Source of the DNA: Epiperipatus broadwayi
Taxonomy: Eukaryota; Animalia; Onychophora
Direction: 5' to 3'
Assembly (NCBI GenBank): GCA_028023455.1
Contig: JAQFVV010000002.1
Coordinates: 24,986,001-25,050,000 of the forward strand
Length of the DNA stretch: 64,000 nucleotides
Made by a program: the position numbers and the translations under genes. Shown here piece by piece: positions 24,280 through 36,970 of the stretch; the stretch's first letter is position 1; each line of letters starts with the position of its first letter. The notes beneath the pieces are model-generated. The model did not search any database. It was not told where the DNA came from and saw only the letters and a list, made by a program, of their open reading frames with translations.

Positions 24280-27200
24280 GTAAGTTTGAATATAAGTGGG
24301 AGTGAATGAATATATGTGTATGTTTTTTAATATTAATTGTAAAAATATGTTTATTTCAGGATATTAAAAAAAAAATGTATTAAAATAATATATCAATGTC
24401 TATGTTGTTTATTGTTTTTATTATTTACTTTTATTTATTTATTTTTTTTTTAGCAAAATGAATAATGTTTATTTTTGCATGTAATTTCACTTTATTATTG
24501 AATTAATTGTTTTTATATGCATTAAAATTAATAATCTTAAATTATAATTTATTTTACATTTACAGGTTGTTTTGATTTCAAAGCCACTTGTGTAATTTAG
24601 AATTTAATGGAAGTAACTGCAGGCATATAATTTTGTGAATTTATATTAATAACACTTTAGTACCAATTGAATATATATATTTTTTTGTATTTAATGATAT
24701 AAATAGAACTGATTAATTTTTTTTTTTTTACAAAATAAAATTATTAAAAGGTGCTATGAAATTTTAATTTATTAAACCAAAGCATAAATAAATATTCTGG
24801 AAAAAAAATATAAAGTAATAATAAAAAAAATACATTAATTTGATACAAAATGCGCTTATTTAATTCAGATATGTTTTTTTTCTCTCATTCTTCCAGTTTT
24901 CCTCACTGTTTTTTTAATTTTTTAATTATTATTTTTTTAATTTCAGTTTCCTCTTCTTTTTTTTTTTAATTTAATTTATGCATATACCAGTTCATAAACT
25001 CAAGTATTAGGATAAAAATTTTCTGCGAATTTTTTATCAATGATTTTCGATTTGCAAACCTTTTAAAAGAATACTTTTTTTCATTTCCAGTAAATTAAAG
25101 CAATGAATATAAAGTTGACCATATCCTCTATTTGGGTAACAGAAGGATTGATGTAGGTGTAAAGTATTGTAATACAGTTGCAAGTTTTTTGGCTTTGGAT
25201 ATGTTCTTTGTCTTATAAAAATGTCTTCTTTTTTTTTTAAGTTATTTAATAAACAAAAGATTGCAATAGAGACTAAACATACTCATGACATTTAAACTTG
25301 TTGAATCCCCCTCCCCCCAATTATATTTATTTGTTATATGTTAAAAATAGCAAATCATTTTAGTCCATCTTAGACTATTATTTCTTTTTTTTTTAATAAG
25401 TTTTGTTAATACAATCTTATTTCTATTCCTCTACAAAATTCATATTTGAAAACAAATTTAGAGCAGCCGCTTTTTATAAGGAGATATATAGACTTTATCC
25501 ATAATTTTTAGGGTATCATTAGACAACTATTTTGTATGCCTTTGTTATGTTCTCATAGGTGCATTATAAAGTTCTCATCAATGATTGTTTTATAGCAGAA
25601 AAATGTCTTCAGCAGGTCAAGTGAATATTTTCAGTCATTTTAATAAGATCAAAATAAGTTCAATGAATTAAAACACAGCCTATTATATGAAGTAAAAGAC
25701 ATTTCGTATATAACGTATATTGTTAAGTAAATGTTGAATTATGAAAACTGTTAGAAATTGTATGTAAAAGTTACATTTATAAATATATGCTAGTTAATTT
25801 GTATATTACAAACTAAAACTATAGGGAAACAAACATCAATTTGATTGTGTAAAAGTTTTAATAGAAAGATGTAAAGTTTAAAACTGTCAGTTTGGAAAAT
25901 TTTCATTAGTAAACAATAATGACTATTTACAACTATCAATTATATATGCGTTATAAATAAAATGTTATTTAAAATAAAATATTTTTAAACAAAACTATAG
26001 CCAAAAAATAGAGAGAAAAAATGATACTAGAAAGGTTACTGGAATTTATTAAAGAAAGAATAAAAGGAGGTTCTTAGCATTGTTTAAAAATCTGTCTGAA
26101 TGAAAAGGTGAAATTAAACTATGGGAATGTAAAATATTTAAATAAGATTATTAGAATTAAGATTTTGTATAAAACCATCAAAAACATTACATGATCACCA
26201 TTCTACTGAATTAAGATTTTGTTTAAATTGTTATTATGTATGAAACTGAATTTGAAATAAAAACATTGGAAATTTGAGAATTTGATCTAGGGAAAAAACA
26301 AACCATTGAAGTATTAAAAGCAAGTACAGTAAGTCATTTATGAAGGAATTAAGAGGATCTAGATAAACTCAACCTATATTTTTAGGGTAAAAAAAATATT
26401 GAAAGATAAGTCAGAAGGAGCATGAAAAATTAAAGGAAAGAGAAATGAAGATGAAATAATTGTTAATGATTAGGGAATGACAACTATAAGTATTAGAAAA
26501 ATGGAAGACTTGGAAAAGTTGTTCTAGAATTTGAACATAAAGATTGTCTTAAATGTTGCTTAATTTGAAATTAAATTATTCTTGACATTTAAGTTTTATT
26601 TTTAATGTATTTTTTAGATTAACAATTTTTTTTGATATATCTGAAAGTAAAATGAATATAGCTCTAGAAAAGATTTTTAACTTTGATCAGGTCAATTTGC
26701 TTTTGTTAAATTGCTTTACAGTATTTTTTATTTTTTTTTAATTGGTAATATATTAATGTATTTTTAATCCTCTTCATTTGGGTTTACAATTTTCTAAAAA
26801 ATTTAAATTGAATTAGTTATTGGGAGAATGAAGCGTAGTAAAAGCTATAATATTTCTCCAACATTCTTCTAAAGGCTAATAGCAAAGAAAATAATACTTA
26901 ACGGCTAATTAAATGCAGATAGTGAAAAATTTAACATTTTTTTTTATTCATTGTTGTATTTTTAATTAACATTTAACTAGATGACCCTTTATAAACCAAT
27001 AATGGATGGCTAGACGGGTTGCTATAGACTGGCTACCTGAAAAAATTTTCAGGTTTAAGATGGGATTGTGTATAGAGTGAGGTCTTTTTTTGTGGGCAAG
27101 GGGAGCTATGATACAAAAAGGGTAGAAAAAATGTTCATTTTAAATAAAAACTGTTGAAAGTTATTATTATAGTGTTTTGTTTAATTTTACTTTTGATTTT

Positions 27201-27486
27201 CAATTAAACAATTTGAATGTTATTCATAATACTTAATGACAATGGAAGTGCTATAAATGTTTGTTTATAAGTCTTTTTTCTTTTTTTTTAAATTTAAAAT
27301 GCACCATTTTTTGTTAAGTTTTGTCATTTTTTGAATATTAAAAATGCTCACATATATGCTTGAATGTTTTGGGACAAAATACTGTTCCTAATTAAGGAAA
27401 TATCCTGCAGTTACTTCATAATGTGATAATGGCTATATGTTTTTAATTTTGGGCTCTGTTCCCTTTTCTAACCCATTCTATTTCAG

Positions 27487-27562
27487 TGCAACTTCAGATT
27501 GAGGAAATAAGCAGACGCCTTCGTACAGGAGACTTGGGCATTCCTCCTAATCCTGAAGACAG
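27487..27562 (+). CDS. SF1: SF1 coding exon 4: (L)QLQIEEISRRLRTGDLGIPPNPED(R)
   Basis: Near-identical to SF1 VQLQIEDLTRKLRTGDLGIPPNPEDR; TTTCAG acceptor, AG|GTTTGA donor, phase 1-2. Confidence 0.96.
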
Positions 27563-29188
27563 GTTTGATGTCTTTTGTGAAGAATAACGGTTTTTTTTTT
27601 CTTTTTTAAATCTATTTTAATTATTCTAACAGATTTTTTTTTTTTTTTAATGGGATGATTTTTCCTCCCCAACCCACGTCAAGCTAAAGGTAAAAGTAAT
27701 GATATTATTGCTGGATCAATAATTTCCTTCCAATTTATACATTTTTATGAACATTATTACAGCTTTAATAGGAAGGAAACTTAATACATATATTTTAAAG
27801 CTATATATTTTAACAAATAGCCTATTTAACCAGCAATGATGTCACTTTTTTACCAGTAGAAAAAAGAAATGCTCATATATCAATCAATGCATAAAATTTT
27901 CTCAGTTCTTTAGTAATTTAAATAGCGTTTTTTATCTACACTTTGATAAGGCTACTTACTTGTCTAATTAAATTAAAGTATAAAAAAATTAAAACTTAAT
28001 GTTACCTGTCATTCAATATAAGTAAAATAGCTAATGCTAAAGTGTGAAGCTATAGTTAAAAACAGATTGTTAAAAGTTTGTTTAATGAATAAAATTAATA
28101 GCATTTTAATTGTGCATTATTAAAAATGTGTTTATGATTTACTAAGTGGAAGCACAAAATAAATAAAAAAAAGATGAAATATACATTTTAAAGCACTATA
28201 TTAAGTCAAGGTTCAGATTTTAACATAAATAGTCAAAATAAACTATATATTCTAACAAATACAAAATAAATAATAAAGTGATTCATTAATATATAATTAA
28301 ATGATAAAGATAAATGTAAATGTATGGACTCAAAGATTTACTATTGGTTTTTTCATCAATGGTGAAAGTTTGTTATACTTCATTTATGTAGTTTTATGGT
28401 CAGTACATCAAGATTTATCTAACTAAATCAGATTGTGTAGTTTTCTTTGGTTTCCAGCTAAGAATGATCAGATATTCATTTACTGACCAATATATTTTGT
28501 TTCTACATTTGTTAATTTTATTTTGCATTATAGACAAAATATTTAGATCTGATTAATATCCATTTGATTATTCATTATGAATTAAAATGTAACCATGTTT
28601 TATTATCATTCTAAAAAAAAATATCTATAATACAGTAATAGAAGTATAGAATAGACTGCATATGTTTGATATATATGTATAAGTCAGTGCTATTTTTTAA
28701 TTGAACTTTATTAGTTACATGAGGAAGTAAATAGTCAAGAAATAATCGAAACATTCAATTAGAACTATGGATTAGAGTTATTAGAAACTTTTTGACTCAA
28801 TCACTTATTTATAGATTTATATATATCATTTCTGAAAATTTTCAGTTTTTTTTTATTCCTCCAAATGTCGAATATATGTATTACACATATAGTTGCTATT
28901 AATAGTTACAAGTAAACAAAAGTGTTTGATAAAATATTTGTTGAGTTATGGAGACAGTAATCATATATTTATAAACATTTCTTAATGTGAATATAAAAAG
29001 TATAACTAGAAATCAACTTTTATAATATGTTCGATTAATATATTGATTAGTTTTAAAGTGTAACCTATGTTTCCAATAAAAAAATTACATATATTTTATT
29101 ATTATTATTACCCAGAGTTTTTAAATAAATAAATATATTTCATGTTCCATCAATATAAGAACTCACACAATAGAAAAATAAAAAATTA

Positions 29189-29438
29189 AAGGATTGGTAC
29201 TATTAGTATAACCTTTACATGATTTAGGGCAGTAATAGTGACAGATTTTAAAGCTAAAAGCCCTCGGATTGAAGCTGAAATTTCCGATGTTCTAATGTCA
29301 TGTGATCTCACTAGAAGGATTGGTATTAGTGTATAACCTTTACATGATTTAGGGCAGTGATAGTGGCAGGTTTTAAAACTAAAAACCCCTGGATTGAAGC
29401 TGAAATTTCCAGTGTTGTAATGTCAATGATCTCCCTAG
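29189..29438. repeat. Tandem ~125-bp unit x2, each ending in CTAG (possible Helitron-type ends)
   Basis: AAGGATTGGTA...GCTGAAATTTCC...TGATCTC.CTAG at 29189-29314 and 29315-29438. The repeat is clear; the Helitron link is weak. Confidence 0.75.
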
Positions 29439-30987
29439 CGAAAATAAGTAAATATTTTTTTACTTAACATCCTAAAATAACACACAGTGAGGCAAGAGCA
29501 ATGGAGCAGCGGATATCAAACTAGTAAATAGTATATTCTTAGAAATAGGATTATAGAATGAAGTAATTTTTCAGTAATTTAAACCTTGCTTATTTTGAAA
29601 GCAGTGAGTTAGCACAAATTTAATTAACATTAGCAGGGTTGATATGTAATAATGTGGATCACATGACCTGGTTTTTGGTAAAAAATAAAAATAAAAAAAT
29701 AAGATTTTGATAATAATTCATACAACTTATCCATTCGTCACTGTATTGATCATAAATCTCAAATTTTACAAAGACATATTTAGATTTGAAAGCGTTTGGA
29801 TTTTCCTAAGAATGGGTAGTTTTTCGTGTGCAGACCTGTACTAAAAAAATCAAATGAAACTCATTTGTTCAGTTTTTGAGATTGTATGTCTTTTAAAAAA
29901 AATTGGGGGAGGGGGATGCATGCTTCATCATTTTAAAATCGTGCATACAAGCTAGGATATTATTTTTTCTATCTTTTATTTGTTGAAAAGAATATTGAAA
30001 TCTAGAGTACGAGTCTAACATGCATTATGCTTAAAATATTTTTAAATCTTAAATTGAAATTTACGTTATAAATAGTCTGGATGTGATTATAAAAAAAATT
30101 ACTTTGTACTAATTTTTTTACAAAGTATTTATATGATAGCATATGTCTGGGTTTTTTTTTGATAAACTATAAGAATACATTGTCGCATATATTGGGGGGG
30201 GGGGGGGCTATAAGAATACAAGCTTAAATCGTTTTGCTGGATAATAATAATTTGCAGGGTATGGACAATACAAACAAATCAGTGTCATCTTTTCAATCGG
30301 GATGTATAAACAGTACAATTTAATTTACCACTGTTGATTACATTTCTAAATGACAAATCCATGTAATTCATCCATTTGTAATCAGTATGTTTTTACTGAT
30401 TCATATTGCTGAAAGATTATAATTTGTTTGGATTTTTTTTTTTAAATTAAACAAAGCTATGAAATTTTATATTTCAAGATCTCCTTGTTGTGTTTTCATG
30501 ATTTATTCTTATTTAAAGAGTTATCAAACAGAATTACTGTTGATTGAATACTAATTTGGCACTAATTGAATGGATGGATAAATGAAAGGCATGATTTGGT
30601 CTAAATAAACTCCCAAGAAGCTTGCCTTTGATTACAGATCATTTTATTGTTTCTCCTAACATTTGCTTAGAATAACAAATTTAAAGAAAAAATTTTTTTT
30701 GTTTTTATAATTATCTGAATTGTCAGAAAATCAATATGACTTTTTTAATAAGATACTACATTAACAAATGAAAAGAAATCAGGTTTTTTTTTTCTTTGGA
30801 TAAATGTATTGCTTCAGCATTGTATCGTAATATCACATGATCATCATTTCATATGCTTTACAAATGCTATTAATAAAAATACCAAACTCTCTATACAATT
30901 AGTGTCCCTAAGTGCAAGCCTTTCTAATCAATGAATGCTGGAAGGTTTGTGCATAAAATCCCTATCTAGTGCTTACTCATCCAACAT

Positions 30988-31028
30988 CACCGGATTAGTT
31001 TCTAGCTTGTGGCTTTCATCAGTGTGGA
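30988..31028 (-). ncRNA. Hammerhead-like motif, minus-strand copy 1
   Basis: CCACA-CTGATGA-A-AGC(CACAA)GCT-A-GAAA-CTAA-TC: intact CUGAUGA and GAAA boxes with a 3-bp stem II; stem I is degenerate. Confidence 0.45.
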
Positions 31029-31435
31029 GTTTTAGATTTGAGAGCAATGCATCTAGATCTTAGGATCTAATGCAACCTTCCATCAGCCCCTTTTACCTAT
31101 TAGGTTAACTATAAAGCTAGGAGCCCAAAATGAAAACACCATAATGTTTCCAACCCAAAAATCATTCCCTTGTATAGTCACATAGATCTGAACTCAGTTC
31201 AACATCTATATATTTTGATATCTTTAGTTTTTCAAAAACCAGTCACCATTATCCTATGATCTGGATAGGTATAAAACCATCAAAACATTACATGATTACC
31301 ATTTCATATGCTTACACAAGCTGTTAATTAGAGTACTAAACTCCATATTATAGTGCCACTAAGTGCAAGCCTTTATAATCAATGGGTGCAGGAATGTTTG
31401 TGCATTAAATCCATATTTAGTGCCTATTCGTCCAA

Positions 31436-31472
31436 ATCTCCAGACTAGTTTCTGGCTTGTGGCTTTCATCAC
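31436..31472 (-). ncRNA. Hammerhead-like motif, minus-strand copy 2, truncated at the inversion junction
   Basis: GTGATGA-AAGCCACAAGCCA-GAAA-CTAG-TC-TGGAG, with a palindromic ACTAGT stem III. Confidence 0.45.
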
Positions 31473-31605
31473 TGTTTGAATTGGAAACATTTTGGTGTTT
31501 TCATCTTTGGCTCCTAGCTTTATAGTTAACCAAATAGGTAAAAAGTGGCTGTTGGAGAATTGCATTAGATCCTAAGATCTAGGTGCAGTGCTCTCAAATC
31601 CAAGG

Positions 31606-31649
31606 TTCCTCACTGATGGAAACCACAAGCTAGAAATTAGTCTGAGGGA
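31606..31649 (+). ncRNA. Type I hammerhead-ribozyme-like motif (variant core), sense to the SF1 pre-mRNA
   Basis: TTCCTCA-CTGATGG-AAACCACAAGCTA-GAAA-TTAG-TC-TGAGGGA: 7-bp stem I including one G-U, GAAA box, minimal stem III and UC cleavage site. The core has A9>G and stem II is weak. Confidence 0.55.
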
Positions 31650-31779
31650 TGTTGGATGAGTAGACACCAGATAGGGATTTTATGCACAAACCTTCCAGCA
31701 TCCATTGATTACAAAGACTTGCACTTGGTGTCACTACTGTATGGAGAGTTTGGTCTTTGCTGATGTGGTTGTTTTGTTC

Positions 31780-34700
31780 CGCGAGATAGGTTAAAGTTTA
31801 TATTTTTTTAATTTAAGAAAGGATTTACTCGAGATAGAAGATAATGTTTTGAGACTTAACGTTTGGAAACACGTATTTATCTATTGTTATTGAAAGTAAA
31901 GTTTGTCTCCTTTTATATAAAGGGGTTTGAAGAATAGGAGAGGAAGCATCAAGTTATATATAGAGTAGGGGACTTGGAAAATAAGGAATGTGGATTACAT
32001 TTGTAGAATATATAATGGTCAGAAATAAATTAGGTGTGCTGTGGTAGAGTGTATCGTATGTGATTTAGTTTACCATTTGAAATGCTCAAATAAGACTAGG
32101 AAGTATGGAACAGATGTATGGTTATGTAGATCATGTGTAAATGTGATAAGATAGGTGAAAAGGGGGGTTCTAAGTATAGATAGTTTAAAGAGAAAATCAG
32201 GAGAAATGGAGCCAAATGTAGTTGAGGAAAATAGAGTATATTTTTAGTAGGGTGACGGGAGATGTGGATGAAAAAATAAGTAGTGCAATGGAGATGGTTA
32301 GCCAAAGAATAAGTAAGATAGAGGTAAAGGATGTAGAAGCAAAATTTAAATCTTTAGAGATGAAGTGTGAGCAGATAAAGGAATTTTTGAATAGGAATGA
32401 TAAGGAAAAAGTAGATAAGGAAAGTAAACTATGAGACAGTATTGATAGGAGATTCGCTAATTAGAGAATGTGGAGACGTAATTACAAGAGAAAATAGACA
32501 TAGGTGTGTAAGAATATGTCTGCCGGGAGCTAGAATTAGGGATGTTACAGATAAATTAAAAAAACAAGGGAGTAAAGATGCGTATATTATGGTAGGGACA
32601 AATAATTTGTCAGAGCCATTGGGAAGAGTAATGGTTGAATACATAGAATTGATTAGTATTTTGAGTAAAATTAAAGGAAGAGTAGGAATAGCTAGATTAT
32701 TTTCAAGATTTGACAATAGGTATATGTTATATAGTGCATGTTCTATAAATGAAAGATTGAAAAAAAATATGTGAGAAAAATGATGTTATGTTTGTGAATG
32801 GGTGGGATTTTTTCATTAGTAAGAGGGAGTTACATAGTAAAGATAGATTGCACTTAGCAAAACAAGGAAGTGAAGTTTTAGGGAATTTGGTTTATAAAGA
32901 ATATAGTTCGGGAAGCTTATAAAGGTGAAGGGGGGTTAAATTGCAGGGTTATCAGAAAGAAGAAGAATGGATGGAATGTAAGAAATAAAGTAACTGATTT
33001 AGATATAGATGTTGATGTGAAGAGAGAATGGGTCTGTAAAATTAATTGTGTAAACAAGTTATTTATAAATGTAATGTAGAAGAAAGAGTCGAAATAATTT
33101 ATAAAAGAGTAGTTAGGAAAGAAAAAATTGGATATTTGAATATTCAGGGTGGTAGGAAGCCAAAAAAGTAACTGGAATTAAACAAAGCAATTAAAACAGA
33201 AGGGCTTGAGGTACTAGCAGTAGTAGAGACACATCTCCCAGAAGAAGAATCTATACTGGAAGACTTGAAATGGAAAAAAGTGTTGGTGGTATATTAGTAG
33301 TGTCAAAAAAATATTTAAATACTGTTAAATGCCAAGAACATTTGTGGTTTGATATAAGATTATGGAAAACAGAAATGGACTATGGTTACAGTGTATATAG
33401 TCATTGGAGATAGTCAAACGATAATGGGCTGGAACAGTAGCATATATGAATGCCTAATTAAGGGTATACAGAGTTTCTAAAAAAAAAAAAGAGGCGGGGG
33501 ATAATGATTATAGGGGATATGAATGGGCATATTGAAAAAATTGATTATGTAGATAACAAGAATGGACAGCTTTTGAAGAATTTTTGTCAGAGAGAAAATT
33601 TGAGCATTAGAAATTTATTAAATATTTATAAGGGACAATACACATGGTCTAGAAATAATATATTTAACACAATATATTATATATTAGAGAACGAGGGAAT
33701 GAATAAAATATGAAAAATTAAAGTGTTTGATAATGAAGAGAAAATATGTAATAGTGATCATAATTTCTTTATAATAGAAATGGTTAGTAATGTAATGGAA
33801 AATAATAATAAAAGTAGAAAGGATAGTGGAAGATGTGGATGAAGAAGGAATGATAAGAATAAGCTACAAGAATATAAAATCAACTGAAGAAACCATGGAA
33901 GAGTTGGTTGCAGATGAATATAAGGACTGGTGTGGTGAAGTAGAAAAAGTGGAAAATAAGGTTTAAGTGAGAATGAATATTCAGAAGAATAAAAATAATT
34001 GAAAAGTGAAAGTTAGTGCAAGTGTAAAAGAGAGGGAAAACGTATGCAAAGAATATAAGTGTGCTATTAAGAACAAAAAATGAAAAAGATGTTAATGTTA
34101 AATGGAAAAAGTATTTAAAAAAAAAAAGAAGTTGGCTAAAATAAATAATTATAGAGAGAGAATGAAATTAAATAGTAAATTGTTGGATGATATAAATAAA
34201 AGTGGAAGAGTTGGGAGTAAAAAAAATGAAAATACATTACAAGAAGGAATGATGTAGGGAAGAGAGAAATACTATTACTAGATGGTGAGGGAATAGAGTG
34301 TAGCTCTAAAGAAGAATTAGAGACAATCTTAAATACTTATGTAATGGATATAGAAAAGATGTTAGATGTGAAGGACAGAGTGATAACAAATATAAAAGCA
34401 TATAGAAATGGAAATATTAGGTTTACAAAAAATTAACTGAATGAGGTAGAGAATAAATTAAAAGTGGAAAGGCAAGAGGTTTAGATGGATGAGCAGCAGA
34501 GATGGTAATGAATTTAGGACGTATGGCGAAATTAAATCTAATATCATGTTTTAATAAGATTGCACAGAAGAGAGATTTTGCTGGTAGTTGGAGTAATACA
34601 AGAGTAAAGCTACTATTTAAAGGAAAGGGTAAGGATCATAGAAAGTTAAGTAATTATTGACCGATGGTAGTAGTAACATGTGTTATATAAAGTTATCGCA

Positions 34701-36400
34701 TTTATGGTGGCTGGAAGGGTCGCAAAATGGACTGAAGAAATAGTATAGTGGGAGAAATGCAGAGGTTTTCGATCAGATAGGTATATAGGAGATACTTTAT
34801 TTGTAGTTACACAACTTGAAAATATAAGTAGAAATACAGGTAGACAGTTATATTTGGTTTTCATAGATATAGAAAAGGCATATGATAGAGTAAATAGAGA
34901 TAGATTATGGGTAAGCTTATTAAATTTGGTAATGCATGGAACTTTAGTGGATCTTATTAAGAGATTGTATGAAAATAATTATTATACATATCAATTAGGG
35001 AATATAGAATCAGTTAAAACTAAAAATTGGATGGGACTAAGGTTAGGATGCCCTGTCTTCTATTTTGTTTTTGTTGTATTTGAGAGAAATGGATAGAGCA
35101 ATAGAAAGACTAGTAATAGGGGTAGAGATACCATTAATAGGTGGCAAGGGAGTATATACATTATTGGGTCTTATTTGTGGATGATGTCTTCTTGTGCACG
35201 AGAGCTGAAGATATGTGCAAGGGTTGGTAAAGAGGTGGAGATTAAATTTAATGAAGATTAATACTGGGAAAAGAGAAGAGTGAATTTTTATTGGGGGGAT
35301 ATAAAGCTAATTTTGGTGAATAGGTATAACTATTTGGGAATCATCTTAAGTAATCAGAAATTGCTTGGATTAATGGGAGAAAAAAATGATAAATGAAGCA
35401 AAGAAAAGAAAAGGACTGACAAAAAAATTAATAATGCTTTCATATAATAAATATATAGCTAGAATTGTATGGAAGAGAGTGACAGTAGCAGGATTAACAT
35501 ATGGTAACAATGTGTTAGTAAAGGGATGTTAGATTACTTGGAACAAATAAAAGTAGGAAGATATACATTAGATGCAGATGTGTGGACGGCAAAGAAGGCA
35601 ACTCGAGAAATGGGATGAGAGATGCAAAATGAAAATGTTCAGTACAATGGAATTTTTGGATAATAAGAGAATGGTTAAAAATAGTATTTAATTTGGTTCT
35701 GAGTAAAGGACAGGCAACAAGATGGGTGAGAAAGGTAGTATAGTATGCAGAAGATTTGGATAAAGAATTTGTCATATACTTATACAAAAGATGGAATGAT
35801 TGTGTTAGGAGAATTGTTGTAGGTTATAGTGGCAAGGAATGAGATAGAAAAATAGATGCATTAATTAAGAATAGGGGGTTGGAGAGATGGAGAACTAGTA
35901 TGGAGAGTAAAAAAAGTTTAAATATATATAGAATTAAATAGAATAGTGGGTGCAAATTTATTTATGATAATAGCAAGTAAAGTACTTTATTGTTTAAGAC
36001 TCGAACATGATCTTTAGCAACAAGGGAATATGCACATAAATGGAAAAATGTGGGTGATTTATTATGCAAGTTGTGTAAGGAAGGGATAGAAAATATTAGG
36101 CATCTGTTAATTGAATGTAAATGCCTGCAAGCAGAAAGGGTGCAAATAATAAAGTTATGGAAGAATAAATATAAACAAAATGATTATACAGAAAGTGGAT
36201 TTTTGGTTTTTATGCTCTATTTGGGAAAAGATAAGCGGGATTTAGATATAAAGGCCATGGAGTTGACAAAGATTATGTTTTGGAATCGGATAGAGCAGGA
36301 TAGAGAATATGGGGAGAATTTAGGTTGGTGAATGGAAAGGGAAGGGAAAGTGGCAGAGAGATTTCTGACTCTGAATAAGGAGAAGTCATAGTGCAGCCCA
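31780..36400 (+). mobile_element. Decayed two-ORF non-LTR retrotransposon: SGNH/GDSL-esterase ORF1, then AP endonuclease, RT and C-terminal CCHC zinc finger
   Basis: IGDSLIR...CLPGARIRDV...MVGTNNL (ORF 32442..32774); IGYLNIQGG; IIGDMNGHI..NGQLL..TW; SDHN (~33750); FIDIEKAYDRV..GLRLGCP; LFVDD (~35170); CKLCKEGIENIRHLLIEC. Strongly purine-rich sense strand with many stops. Clade not assignable by eye. Confidence 0.85.
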
Positions 36401-36569
36401 TCATCTTTTGCAACAAGCTGTGTTTTTTTTTTTTTGCTTGTAATTAGTGTTTATTTATTTCCGTTTTTTTATGAAAGATTTCTTGTCTTTTTATATTACA
36501 TTTTTTGCACTTTTTTTTTATATGGAGATTCATCAGTACAAATCAAAAAATTTCTCAAATATTTTGTGC

Positions 36570-36970
36570 TTAAATGTGATTTGTTGGACTATTTCCATCA
36601 TCTATGAGTGATTGTTGAAGGTATAGAAAATTTTAAACTTTATTTAAACTTTCCAAATACCAACAACTTGTTAGTAATAACACACAAATAGACAACACAG
36701 GTTAGTAATTACAGAACGTTTCAAGTAGTAGTATTCTCCACTCTTCTTCAAGGGTTGCTGGCTTATATGCACAGTGACAATATTCGCTTAGAGGTTGAAC
36801 TCGCACCTTTAGATTCTTGAATATTGATTTTACGGCAAACTCTACTAAACCTGTGTTGGCTATTTGTGTGTTATTATTAACAAGTTGTTTGTATTTGGAA
36901 AGTTTAAAATTTTCTATGCATTCAACATTCACTCATAGATGATGGAAATAGTCCAACATATCACATCTAA
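36570..36970. mobile_element. Fold-back or MITE-like element with ~130-bp inverted arms
   Basis: ATGTGAT.TGTTGGACTATTTCCATCATCTATGAGTGA...AACACAGGTTAGTA mirrored by TACTAAACCTGTGTTG...TCACTCATAGATGATGGAAATAGTCCAACATATCACAT. Confidence 0.8.

Larger units (their letters stand above)
30830..31754. repeat. ~450-bp repeat family in tandem (two minus-sense copies) plus an inverted copy; each unit carries a hammerhead-like motif
   Basis: AGTGCAAGCC at 30911 and 31362, and TCATCA(G/C) at 31016 and 31466, give a ~450-bp period. 30881-31153 is the imperfect reverse complement of 31481-31754. Confidence 0.9.
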
